DNA from: Podarcis pityusensis
Taxonomy: Eukaryota
DNA length: 64,000 nucleotides
Direction: 5' to 3' (one strand)
NCBI GenBank assembly: GCA_964106645.2
Contig: OZ067045.1
The notes below the pieces were generated by a model. It was not told the origin of the DNA and ran no database searches. It saw only the letters and a list, made by a program, of their open reading frames with translations. The stretch's first letter is position 1; each line of letters starts with the position of its first letter. A program made the position numbers and the translations under genes. This document shows, piece after piece, positions 21,599 through 33,782 of this stretch.

Positions 21599-21813
21599 CA
21601 GTGGTACCTCTGGTTAAGAACTTAATTCATTCCAGAGGTCCGTTCTTAACCTGAAACTGTTCTTAATCTAAGGTACCACTTTAGCTAATGAGGCCTCCTG
21701 CTGCTGCCACGCAATTTCTGTTCTCATCCTGAAGCAAAGTTCTTAACCTGAGGTACTATTTCTGGGTTAGCAGAGTCTGTAACCTGAAGCGTCTGTAACC
21801 CGAGGTACCACTG
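21599..21813. mobile_element. Tc1/mariner (Tigger-like) non-autonomous DNA transposon, copy 1
   Basis: TIRs CAGTGGTACCTC...GAGGTACCACTG flanked by TA; near-identical copies at 34455 and 62568. Confidence 0.9.
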
Positions 21814-22912
21814 TACCAGTAAACAGTATGCGTATCCAATGTAAACGAGATGCTACAGCTCTGTATATAAAAGGCTAGACTATTGGGCTACAGGTTCGCA
21901 GAGGAGGAGGAGGCTGATGGGTTTGAACTTCCTTTCTATTGGTTCCAAAGGTGGAGAGCTTCGAAGCTGTTCTTGCACAGGGGTTTCCCAGCCCAGAAAC
22001 AGCTTTCAAGCTCTCAGACTTAGAGCTTAGAGGCTCTGGCGGGAACTCGGGCAACCTTGCGAAAGCTCGCGAGAGCCTCCAAGGGTTGGGTAAGCAAGTC
22101 TGAGCTTAAAAGCTTTCCGCTTGGGGGGGCAAGGCCTGCTCAGAGCCCAGTTCTGGAAAGGGTAAGGATGTTTGCGACAGTTCCAAGGCGGTGGTTTAAG
22201 TATGCGCATACCTGCATATATGTGACATCCCCAGAATGTGACTCACAAGGCACAATCACACTGTCCTCGCTGCTTTGGCACTTGCCTAAGAACGTGAGCT
22301 GAGCTGTACCGGATCAGGCCAGTGGCCCACCTAGTGCAGCATCCTGTCCTCACAGCAGCCTACTAGATGCCTGTGGGAAACAGCAAGCGGGACCCGAGAA
22401 TGAGAACTTTCTGTCGCGCTGCCCACACTCCACGGTTTCTAGCAACTCTTCCCAGATAGCCTTGCAATGATATTTTGACCCTTTTCTTTGTCCAGGGTAT
22501 GATTGGCCGACCTCAAGGTGAGAGAACAGGGAAGGTGCATTTACATCTCTGCATAAGTCCATGCGCAGAGCTGACTTCCTTCCAAGCGAGTGCGTACCCA
22601 GAACAATGACTCGCACAGAAATGTGGGCTACTCCTGATGGTGGCTGGTTCTGTTGGGGCTGAAACAGAACTGACAACGAATGCAGAGTTAGTAACTCTCT
22701 GTGATTGGTTAAAGGAGCTTCCTGTGGTCCAGATCTTCCCACTCTGCTGCTGCTATTTACTTAAGAATGCACCATGCAGTTGCATGATTCCTTGTTTTGA
22801 ATCCTGTTATCAGAATCCCGTGAAGCAGGTTAGGCTGAGTGACTGTCTGTGCACTTCATGCCTGAGTTAGGTCACCTGCATCCTATTTCAGCACTCTTAA
22901 TGCTCTACAGCA

Positions 22913-23265
22913 GGGACGTGGGTGGCGCTGTGGGTTAAACCACAGAGCCTAGGGCTTGCCAATCAGAAGGTCGGCGGTTCGAATCCCCGCGACAGGGGGA
23001 GCTCCCGTTGCTCGGTCCCGGCTCCTGCCAACCTAGCAGTTCAAAGCACGTCAAAGTGCAAGTAGATAAATAGGTACCGCTCCGGCAGGAAGGTAAACGG
23101 CGTTTCCGTGTGCTGCTCTGGTTCGCCAGAAGCGGCTTAGTCATGCTGGCCACATGACCCGGAAGCTGTACGCTGGCTCCCTTGGCCAATAAAGTGAGAT
23201 GAGCGCTGCAACCCCAGAGTCGACCACAACTGGACCTAATAGTTAGGGGTCCCTTTACCTTTACC
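22913..23265 (+). mobile_element. Sauria SINE, full length
   Basis: tRNA-like head with A/B boxes (gtggcgctgtggg; ggttcgaatcc), Bov-B-like tail (ACCTTT)n; 16-bp TSD TTAATGC[T/G]CTACAGCA at 22897-22912 and 23266-23281. Confidence 0.93.
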
Positions 23266-24717
23266 TTAATGCGCTACAGCACGCTGGCTCTCGATGTGAC
23301 AATTTGACAGGCATAACAATGGGAAGCAGGAATCCAGTTTGCTCTCTGGAGAAGACCGGCGCAATCACCTGAGATAGCTACTTCATTTCCTTATTTATTG
23401 CATTTGAATCTCACGTTTTCCTTCAAGGAGCTTGAGGTAGCATACATGATTCTTCCTCCTCCTCCATCTCCACAGCAACCCTGTGAGGTAGGTTAGGCCG
23501 AGAGGCCGTGACTGGCCCAGGGTTTAGTGAGCATCATGGCCAAGTGGGGATTTGAACCTTGGTCTCCCAGGTCCGGTTCTGGCACTCTAACCACTACACC
23601 ACATCAGGTGTGTGTACAACTGCCATGCCTTAACCAGTTGTAGAGCTTAAAACGATCTGCATGAATCCTGAACCCTGTATTGTTTGGGAACCTATGCCTT
23701 GTGGTTCCTGAGATGCTGTGTTGGGACTCTAGGTGGCGACGCATCACCGTGATGGTTGCGCTCAGGTGGCCAAGCTCAGCAACCTTCCGCTGCAAGCCCA
23801 CAACTCCATCTGCTGGCAGGCTTTCCCTCGCCAAGCGAAGATGCAGAGGTGTGATGGTAAACAGGGACAGCAAAGCAGAGAGAGCTGCCACTCTGGTCTA
23901 TTTCTGTTTCTGCCGCTCCGTTTCACTCCTACGGTGATGATACTATTGGACCTATGAATCTGTTTTCCAAGTAAGAGGGTGTCTTCGGCAGCCACCTGTT
24001 TCAGTCCCAGAGTGAAGCAACAACACAAAAAATATTTCGACAGTGTTAATAAGCACAATATCCCATGCAAATGGTCCATATTTGTGTGCATGTGTTATTT
24101 TCAGACGTCCATCTTTGCTGGATTTGGAGACTGGTGTGAAGGAAGGCAAGATGGGTGAGAATCCATCTTGCATGTGCAGTAGTCTGCACATGCCCAGGGA
24201 CAGTCTTTTCTTCTTGACATTGCAAGGCATTAGAGGGAGGACGGTGGCTCAGTTGCAGAGCATCTGCATTGAATGCAGAAGGTTCCAGGTTCAATCCTTG
24301 GCATTTTCGGGTGGGTTTGGGAATGTCCCCTGCCTTAAATCGTGCAAAGCTACAGCCAGTCAATGTGGACAATACTGAGCTAGAGGGATCAATGTTCTGA
24401 CTTCGTCTGTGCACAGTTTGCTCCTACAAGGTAAGATGGCCACCAGTTTTAAAAGGGATAAGACAAATTCATGGCGGTGGCGGGCAGTTTTTAGCATGCA
24501 CCAAAAACAGTACTGCAAAGACATCTGTCTAATACCAATGGGCAGGGAGTTTCAAAGTGTAGGTGCTGCCACAACAAAGGATTCCCTACAAGTGTGAAAT
24601 CAAAGTGATATGGCCTTGTAAAAGGGCTGATTCTGCAGATCGTTTAGGTGAATGTATACTGCAAGAAGCTTGTCATAGAAACCTAGAGTTGGAAGGGATC
24701 CTGGGGATCATCTAGTC

Positions 24718-24970
24718 CAGGCATCAGCAAACTTTTTCAGCAGGGGGCCGGTCCACTGTCCCTCAGACCTTGTGGGGGACTGGACTATATTTTTGGGGAA
24801 AAAATAATGAACGAATTCCTATGCCCCACAAATAACCCAGAGATGCATTTCAAATAAAAGCACACTTTCTACTCATGTAAAAGCACGCCGATTCCCAGAC
24901 CGTCTGTGGGCTGGATTTAGAAGGCAATTGGGCTGGATCCGGCCCCTGGGTCTTAGTTTGCCTACCCATG
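24718..24970. mobile_element. hAT-type MITE nested in a tRNA/CR1-tailed SINE (host about 24675-25080, - strand)
   Basis: 8-bp TSD ATCTAGTC at 24710-24717 and 24971-24978 interrupts the host tail tagagttggaaggga...atctagtcca.acccctgcaatgcagg. Confidence 0.8.
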
Positions 24971-26596
24971 ATCTAGTCCAAACCCCTGCAATGCAGGAAT
25001 TTGCAGCTGTCCCATACAGGGATCAAACCTCCAACCTTGACGTTACCAGCACCATGCTCTAACCCACTGAGCTATTCACTCTGTCCTGATCATCCCCATG
25101 TGGAATTAGGTCAGAAATGGGAACCTGTAGCTTTTCAGAGGTAGCTGGACACCACTGCCCATCACCCCCAACCTTTGGCCATGATACTGTATGCATTTTG
25201 CCCCACTCCTTTCAAAAGGCTAATGCACACCCTTCCTCCCTACCCTAACCAAAAAAACCTCTCTGCAGGCACTTTGTGGAAGGCAGACACAGTTGCCCCA
25301 ATAATTTCTTATTTGGAGTCTTGATGCTTCATGTACCTGTTGTGAAAAGTGGGATCCATCGAGCCAATAGCCTCATGCTTAAAAATGGCACAAGCTTCTC
25401 TGGAATGAGAGAGACAGAGCCTTTGCAATCTCGATGATGTTGCTCGCTCTTATTTAGCCATAATATATATGCGTGTATATATAATATTAAAGTGCTAGAT
25501 GAACCCAGGCCGATCCATCTGCTAGCTTAGGTGACGAGATGGAAAATATTTGTTTTACTCTCTTCCAAGTGAAGTTTGGGGGGGGGGGGGTGAGGTCTTT
25601 GTGTGTGTGGCAGTGAGGAGGCAGCTAAATGCACACAGTGCTTCAAGGCATGATAGAGCAGCAAATTAAATTAAGAAGTAAGCAGGCGGCTCTTCTTGCA
25701 CCTCCTGCCCACCCACGCTGGTTGTTTTTTAAGTAAGGGCAATAAATCCCTCTTAATGTTTGCACCTGAAATGTGGCGGTCAAGAAACAGACCTCGTGGT
25801 TCTCTATTCCGCCCTCCCACCGACTCCCCACTCATAGGTAGGGCTGGCAAATCCAACAGTCTTGGTTTCTTATTTTTCCCCCAAGGTGGCAAGTGATCTG
25901 GAGACTGTGACCTGCAGCTGAGGCAGAGAGAGGCAGGGAGAGAACAGAGCTATGTTTGGTAAACTGAAGGCTGCTTCCTGGCATTTCCAGGTAGGGCTGG
26001 GAAAACATCCTTGCCTGCGCAGAACCATTGCTTGTCAGTGTGGATGAGGGGTGGCGAAATCATCTATGCACAGTTTCTTATTCCCCTGCTCTTATTCTCC
26101 CATCCCGGCCAACAATTAGGCTTGGGAAAAGTCTTTTCACTTTTTTTCAAGCATAAGGGGAAGGCATGTGATCTTTGGAGAGTCTGACTGGGAAGGCAAG
26201 GGTTAATCATCCCTCCCCCAGCTGCAACCCCCAGGAAACTCACAACAACCCTGCAACAGTTAGGCTTGGAGGGAGTTACTCCCCAGGTCCCAATCATAAT
26301 CCCTCCAAATCCTGCTCCCTCGATGCAGTTGAAAACCTCTTCTGTTGTAGCATTCTAATTTTCAAATCTAATTTCAGTAAGGGATAGGAGAATGGGGTCC
26401 TGTGGGCGCCATCTAGTTGCGTGTAAGACCAGAAGTGCATATTGACAACCCATGTTTTAAGCTGCCTTGATGTCCCTTTTGTTGCTTTTACTGCAAGAGA
26501 CTGCTTCTTGTGAGTGAGCATCTTTTCATGAGCGCTAGTGACGTGCCCAGCTCAGGGATATTTTTTTAAAAAATGGAGTCACCCTCAAAAAGCATA

Positions 26597-26826
26597 CGGT
26601 CATATCTCGGGTTACAGACGCTTCAGGTTGCACATTTTCGGGTTGTGCACTGTGCCGAACCTGGAAGTACTGGAATGGGCTACTTCTGGGTTTTGGTGCT
26701 TGCGCATGTGCAGAAATACTAGATCATGTCACGCGCATGCGCAGACACAGCACTATGGGTTGCGAACGCTGTGGGTTGCGAACGTGCCTTCCGCACGGAT
26801 CACGTTCGCAACCCAATAGTCCACTG
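26597..26826. mobile_element. Tc1/mariner-type MITE family 2
   Basis: TA-flanked with an internal gcgcatgcgc palindrome; reverse-oriented relative at 52744-52997. Confidence 0.75.
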
Positions 26827-27632
26827 TACATCTTTCTCCAACTCCGAGATCATCTTTCCATTTAGACTTCATAAAAGTGTTCCTTTTCTAGCATTTTCTA
26901 ATCTACATCAAGTGCTTTTGGAAGCTGGGTTCCCTGAAACACATTTCTGTGTGTGTGAGACTTGAAATGGGGAAACTGGGACAGTCATTTTTATTCCTTA
27001 CTGGACCCTCAGCGGGAGACGCTGAGGGGAGCTGGCAGCCAGAACTTTCTCCTGAAACGCTTTAGAAAAACTGAGTCAGATTTCCCTGTGGGAAGCAGGG
27101 ATAGGATAGCTCCCAGGAAAATACCTTTAAGATGCTCTTGAGTTACATTTCACCCAGTTGTCCTACTTTCCAGAGTAAAGTACCCTACTTTATAGAGGAC
27201 AGTCCTCTATCTCAAGGGATCTCAAGAGAGAACAGCCCTTTATTTGGAGATGTCTTCTGGGACTTCCCAGTCCAAATCTGGTTTAAATATGTGGAGGATA
27301 TGCAGGAGAGGCCTCGAAAATGTCCATCAACATCTGGCTGGCAGATTGTGTCAGGCACACAGGTCACCGTCTTCCCCACCAGGATGAGATTTTATTTCTA
27401 TTAAAATGAGAAGAGCATAAAAGAGCCTGCTGGATGAGGCCAAAGGCCCTTCTAGTCCAGAGTCCCTGTTCTCAGAGTGGCCAACCAGACGCTTGTGGGA
27501 AATGCAAGCAGCAACACACATGCAAGAGCACTTTCCCCTCCTGTGGCTTCCAGCAACTAGTGTACAGAAGCATTTATTGCCTCTGGCGGTGGAGACAGAG
27601 CAATAGCCATCATGGCTTGTAGCCAGATCCAC

Positions 27633-28081
27633 CAGGGCCGAATTTAGGTCTGATGAGGCCCTAAGCTATTGAAGGTAATGGGGCCCTTTATGTCCAGCTG
27701 TCCTTTATCAACAACAAGTCATCACTGTTTTTTGTGTTGAATATATGTTATATGGTAATTTATGGACCTAATAGGTATCTAAAGCCATTTGCACATGTTG
27801 CCATGCACCCAGTCCATGCAGAATATAGGCACCCTATATTCTATAAAGGCAAACCAGTGATATTTTAGGGAGCAGGCTAGCAGGAAGGGGCCATTACTCA
27901 CACCATAGGAGCCTACACAAAACAAAACACTGTTGCTGTATGTAGGTTTTATTTTATTTGTTTTTTATCTTAAATTTTGGAAATGTACATCCAGGTTTTT
28001 TCCTTTGAATTTTTTTTGGACCCCCAAGAGAGCGGGGCCCTAAGCTATAGCTTGTTTAGCTTATACGTAAATCCAGCACTG
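27633..28081 (+). mobile_element. hAT-type non-autonomous transposon
   Basis: Imperfect TIR cagggccgaattt / aaatccagcactg; homologous in reverse to 63306-63607. Confidence 0.8.
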
Positions 28082-28094
28082 CTAACCACCCATG

Positions 28095-28510
28095 GTTTAA
28101 AAAATCCTCTTTTTAAAGCCATCTGATTTGTTGGCCATCACTGCCTCCTGGGGGTAGGAATTCCATAGTTTGTGAAACTGTGTGAAGAAGGACTTTATTT
28201 TACCTGTCTTGAATCTTACAACATTCAGCTTCATTGGCTGTTCGTGACTTCTAGTGTTATGGGGGGAAAATAAGTCTCTCTCTATTCTCTCCATGCCATA
28301 CATTATTTTATAAACTTCACCTCTTATTTGCTTTTGCTTTTTCTTTTTTTAAGAGTCCCAGTTGCTGCAGCATTTTTTCATAGGGGAGTCAATTCATCCC
28401 CTTGATCATTTTGATTGCACTTTTCTGAACTTTTCCCAACCATACACAGTATTCCAAATGCAGCCGCACCAAAGATTTGTATAATGGCATTGTGATACTG
28501 GCAGTTTTAT
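28095..28510 (-). mobile_element. Degenerate CR1 LINE 3' fragment
   Basis: - strand translation NTRSH..MKL...FKT..KSFFTQ...LWNS.PQEAVMA...GFKKR is typical of the CR1 ORF2 end. Confidence 0.75.
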
Positions 28511-28957
28511 TCTCAATTTGCTGCCTAATGATGGAATCTTTCCCTCGCATGGAGTCTGATAATTATCATTCCTGTGCATCCTACACACCCTCTGTTTTGA
28601 AGGCATGTCCCTTTTATTTATTTTATTCATTTCATAAAAGTGATACACCCCTTGATAGTTTACAAAGAGAATAAAGCAATAACATTATTGGTAAAAACTA
28701 AAAACAACAACAAAGAACACCTATTTAAAACATTTTTTTTTAAAATTAAAATCAGCCATAAACTAAAAAAAGAAGAAGCTTGAAATGTTCTACGTATCTG
28801 GGTAGGCTTGTCTACACAAAAATATTTTTAGCAGGTGCTGAAAAATGTACAGTGAAAGCGCTTTTCTGATGTCAATAGGCAGGGATTTCCCAAGTGTGGG
28901 TGCTGCCACAATCAAAGTTCACTTTAAACAGCAAGAACCTTACGAAGGGAGGCCTAT

Positions 28958-29103
28958 GCTGGGATAGTTCAGCCAGGAGAGCATGAGACTCTTAATCTCA
29001 GGGTCATGGGTTTGAGACCCACGTTGCGCAAAAATATTCCTGCATTGCAGGGGGTTGGACTAGATGACCCTCATGGTCCTTTCCAACTCTACGATTCTAA
29101 GAT
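28958..29103 (+). mobile_element. tRNA(Lys)-derived SINE with CR1-like tail
   Basis: Head gatagttcag..agagcatgagactcttaatctcagggtc resembles tRNA-Lys(CTT); tail ttggactagatgaccc..ttccaactct..attct. Another copy at about 55658-55798. Confidence 0.75.
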
Positions 29104-30454
29104 GCTCACCCACACCTGGACAGCAGACTAAACGGGCACACAGCTCACCTGGCCACTGCAAGGAGACGGGTTGTATGTCTATTTAATTTGTGGTCCTAGT
29201 TTCTAAATTTGAACCGACACATACTGTATAAATGCGAATTGTGTCATGAACGATGGGAGTGGAAGTTCAACGAAAACTAGAGGGCATCGTGTTGGCTACC
29301 TCTGTTGTAGCCTTTTCTCCTAGGCCTGAGAAATTGTTCTGCATCTTTTCCATCTCTAACTACGTCATTTATTGAGATGGGGTTGGGGTGGGAAAACACA
29401 AATCTGCGGGTGGTTTTCCTCCCCAGCCCGTTTCCCAATAACCTCTCGCATGAAGTTCTTGCTTTAATGTTCATTTAAATCACATGAATCTGTTGTGGTG
29501 ATGGGTTGATGCAACTTGCGAATTTTAGCGTTGGCCAAAGGTGCCAGACTTTGCGAGCTGATGTCTTTGCGGTGCCTGTGCAAAAATGAAAGGGCTGCAG
29601 AGGTGATAGCAGCCTGTAAATATGAGGTGTGCTGCTGCCAGTGTGCATTTAAAATACTTATCGACAGTCCTTGCAGTTGGGTGAGGGATCAGAGCCTGCA
29701 GTTACATATCCAGGGAAAAGGAATATCTCCAGGTTTGAAGGGATGTAAGGTGGGATCCTTGGGAGGGATCTGTGCCATGGAAATGAAAGCTGGTTCACCT
29801 AGCCTTTATTTGCTTGCTCCTCTTCCCAGATCTTGGCTGTACTTTGGCCCATCGGCAGCGGAAAATTGTTATGCCTTTGGAAAACGGCCAGCAGAGAACA
29901 GCTCTTTCCATTTGCCCAGAGTGAACTCATTGCCCCCAAGGTGGTCAAAGGCATATCAACTATTGCTTTATACAGCTTTAAACCTGCACTTTGAATTGTT
30001 TGTGGAAGAGAAGGAAGGAGGAAGCGCATTGATACAAGTATCTGACCCAGGGGTGGCTCGCCTTGTGTGTGCATATCAGTGGTGGGTGGGGTTGAAAGGG
30101 TGTGTGGCTGCCACTCCCCCCCACAAAAAAACACCAAGCAGCCCTCTCTTCTCAGTTGATATGTGCAGATCAGCTGATGGGGGTGGATATATTTTCCTCC
30201 CTACTGGTCAAATGAGTGACTTGATAACCAGAAAGGAAGGCAATTTTTATCTGGGCTCTTTTGCCATGCACCTCAGTGCCTTTTTTTGGTCTCCAATTAT
30301 GTCTCTGTGAGGCAGTTCGTGTGGTCAGCCATTAACCAAAAGGTTGGTAGTTTGAGCCCACCCAGCGAACATTTCTGTTTAATTCTTCTACTTGTTACAA
30401 TGAATAGTAGTAACATACCCTCCCACATTTCTCCGATTAAGATAGGAACATTCT

Positions 30455-30805
30455 AAAGGTAAAGGGACCCCTGACCATTAGGTCCAGTCGTGTCCAACTC
30501 TGGGGTTGCGGCACTCATCTCGCTTTATTGGCCGAGGGAGCTGGTGTACAACTTCCAGGTCATGTGGCCAGCATGACTAAGCCGCTTCTGGCGAACCAGA
30601 GCAGCGCACAGAAATGCCGTTTACCTTTCTGCCTATTTATTACCTATTTATCTACTTGCACTTTGATGTGCTTTCGAACTGCTAGGTTGGCAGGAGCAGG
30701 GACTGAGCAACGGGAGCTCACCCCGTCGCAGGGATTCGAATCGCCGACCTTCTGATCGGCAAGCCCTAGGCTCTGTGGTTTAACCCACAGTGCCACCCGC
30801 GTCCC
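30455..30805 (-). mobile_element. Sauria SINE nested in an older repeat
   Basis: Reverse complement of the 22913 element; TSD AGG[A/G]ACATTCTA on both sides. Confidence 0.92.
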
Positions 30806-31487
30806 TCAGGGACATTCTATTCCATAATAATAATGTTACTATTTATATAACTCTGACAGGGTTGCCCCAGCCACTCTGAGAAACTTCCAACATATATAAA
30901 AACATAATCAAACATTAAATATTTTTTAAAAAATCCTTCCCTATACAGGACTGCCTTCAGATGGCTCGGGGGTTGGATAACTCCATACCCTCCAGCATTT
31001 CACTGATGGAAATAGGGACATCCTAAGGGAAAGTGGGACATCATTGGATCACATCAGAAACTGGAACAGTTTCTGTAAATCCAGGACTATCCCTGGAAAA
31101 TAGGGACACTTGGAGGGTCTGTAATAATAATCCTTTTTATTACCGGTATTTATACCCCACCCATCTGACTGGGTTTCTTCAGCCACTCTGGGCGGCTTCC
31201 AGCTTATATAAAAACATAATAAAGCATCAAACATTAAAAAGTTCCCTGTTTAGGGCTGCCTTCAGATGTCTTCTAAAAGTTGTGTAGTTCTTTATTGCCT
31301 TGACATGTGATGGGAGGGTGTTCCACAGGGAGGTTGTCACTGCCAAGGAGGCTTTCTGCCTTGTTCCCTGTAACTGCAGTGAAGGAACCACCAGTCCAGT
31401 CCCTCGGAGCTGGGCCCAGAGGTTGGAGATGCTCCATCAGGCAAATTGGGGGTTGCTTAGGCAGGCAACCCCCAATTTGAGGGGGGT

Positions 31488-32105
31488 TGTATTCTGGTTG
31501 TTATAAGAATTTTAAGGTCATATATATATATATATATATATTCATAACTGTATATATAAACCACATGTCTGAAACCCCACAGATTAGGTCCTGAACAAAT
31601 TGACCTCAAATATTTCTCTGCAAGGTCCAAGAGGGAAACCTCCCCATTGTCTCTTTCCTCACAAATCCTGTCTTACGGGCACATTCAAGATATGAACAGG
31701 GTGTGAGCCTGTGACCTAGATTCAGGAATTAAGTAGTTATAATAACAAAAGAGTGGCCAAAACCCAGATAATGCAATCAGGTAACTCGCCAGACAGGAGA
31801 TAAACAATGCACTCAGATTTCTGTTGTAGACCGCCTTTTCTGTGATGTAGGTATGATGTATCTGGGGGGTGGTCTTGGGCTACACCCCTTCTGTGTTGTA
31901 TGTATGATGTTTCTGGGGGTGGACTCCAGGGCGGGCAATTTAAAATGTCTATATACGTCAGGGCGGGCACACCTTTGTTCTGGGTCTTCATCCTCTCTCC
32001 TGTGTGTGGAGGAGCACCCTATTGCAACAGTTAATAAAGATCAGACTTACTAGCTGCTTTGCTTCTCAATAGTCTCTGGTTCGTCTCTGTTATTTGGAGT
32101 GAGGG
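31488..32105 (+). mobile_element. LTR-like sequence preceded by a polypurine tract
   Basis: GAGGGGGG-T-TG start, internal direct repeat (tatgatgt.tctggggg), TATATA, AATAAA at 32033 then a U5-like segment. 3' end and TSD not identified. Confidence 0.45.
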
Positions 32106-32691
32106 CAGGAGAAAAAAAATTGCTTGAGGGATCAGCAGGTCTTTCCCTGCATCTGAATAAGGTGACATCTCTCACACATGGAGGCAGGGCAGGGCAACAC
32201 AGGCTGGGCCAAGAACAGAACTCCTGGCTTCCTTTGCCTTCTGGCTGTAGGAAACTGACAACTGAAACTGATGTCTCAGGTAGACATGGGGTTGCATCAC
32301 CTTGCTGTAACACAGTTAGCGATGCCTTTCAGTCACCTAGGAGGATTCCATCCTGAGACTGGATCTCTCAAGTTACACAGCCAACCAGGAGCCAAAGGAG
32401 AAACTGTATGTGGGTGTTTCAGTTCACTGCAGCAAGTAACAATGGATCAATGCATCAATTTTTGTCCCACCGCCTCTCTTTCAAATCTTAAATTCATTTC
32501 CGTAACCATTTCCAGATACCTCATGAAAACTCCTTGGCAAATTTCTCTTAATATGCAACTTTTTGTATGTAGCGTTGACCAATATAGATTTTTTTGGGGG
32601 GGGGGCAAGCTGTTTCCACTAGAACCATAGAATTGTACAGCTGGAAGGGATCCTAAGAGTAATCTTGTCCAACACCCTGCAATGCAGGAAT

Positions 32692-32953
32692 AGAGCCAGT
32701 GTGGTGTGGTGTGGTGGTTAAGAACAGTGGACTCGTAATCTGGTGAACCGGGTTCGATTCCCTGTTCCTCCACATGCAGCTGCTGGGTGACCTTGGGCCA
32801 GTCACACTTCTCTGAAGTCTCTCAGCCTCACTCTCCTCACAGAGTGTTTGTTGTGGGGGAGGAAGGGAAAGGAGAATGTTAGCCGCTTTGAGACTCCTTA
32901 GGGTAGTGATAAAGCGGGATAACAAATCCAAACTCTTCTTCTTCTTCTTCTTC
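32692..32953 (+). mobile_element. tRNA-derived CORE-like SINE (Squam3-type) with (CTT)n tail
   Basis: A box gtggttaag, B box ggttcgattcc, CORE-like gtgaccttgggccagtcac..ctcagcctc; near-identical copy at 51318. Confidence 0.85.
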
Positions 32954-33747
32954 TCAACCTAACATGATTCATTTCTGTATGTTCTTTTCATTCAGAACAT
33001 GCACACCCTGAAGATGATCTGGAGGCTGCAGCGAATGCAGAACATTTCTGGCATGTGGGGTAGCCCAGTGGGACTGTGCATCTTGAAAGCACCTACCTGG
33101 CTGCCAGAGAGCTACCAGGCCAAATCCAATGAGTTAAAACTAGCATACAAAGCCCTAAATGCTTAGGACCCAAGTACCTTCAAGAACTAATTCCCCAATA
33201 TCAATCATCTGAATACCCTATGATTGGCAGGTGAGGCCTTGTTGGTGGTGCAGGACCTTTTTGGTGGTTGTTCCCCATTTGAGGAATGCCCTCCCCAACG
33301 AAGTGCACCTTTCCCCCTCAATATTGACTTTCAGGAAGAATTTTAAAGTATTCCTATTTACCCCGGCATTTAATGGCTGAAAGACACTGTTCCCCAAGAT
33401 CACTGGTTGAAAATGCTTTAATATGTTTCAGTTTTTTTAGAATAGTTCCAAACGGTTTCCACTGTTGGTTAGTTTTTAAGTGTTTTATCATTGCCTTGTC
33501 TGCCCCCCCCCGGGCTCCTCCAAAAGGAAGAGTTGCGTATAAATGGAATAAATACTAATGATTTCTGCCATGGATATTCGAAGTCTGAACTTCTGACTTA
33601 AGAGCAGCCTTGCCAGCCAAATGTCCCCGTCAAAGTGCTATAAAAACAGGTTTCCTTTTCATTGTGCTTTTAGGGTGCTAGTTGTTCTGATTTGGCACAT
33701 ATGCTGTGTTTTGGGGCGCTTTCTTTTTGCTATGGATTGTGCTTTTA

Positions 33748-33781
<34 letters not shown>
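33748..33781. repeat. (TG)n microsatellite
   Basis: Direct reading. Other CA/TG tracts at 48414-48450, 48901-48943 and 51727-51776. Confidence 0.95.

Positions 33782-33782
<1 letters not shown>

Noticed and set aside
28958-29030. tRNA-Lys-like sequence (also near 55658 and tRNA-like heads at 11340-11430, 25000-25080)
   Set aside because: Degenerate stems and attached CR1-type tails show these are SINE heads, not tRNA genes.
29516-30310. 264-codon ORF
   Set aside because: Non-ATG (TTG) start, no recognisable domain, no supporting splice structure; most likely a chance ORF in non-coding DNA.
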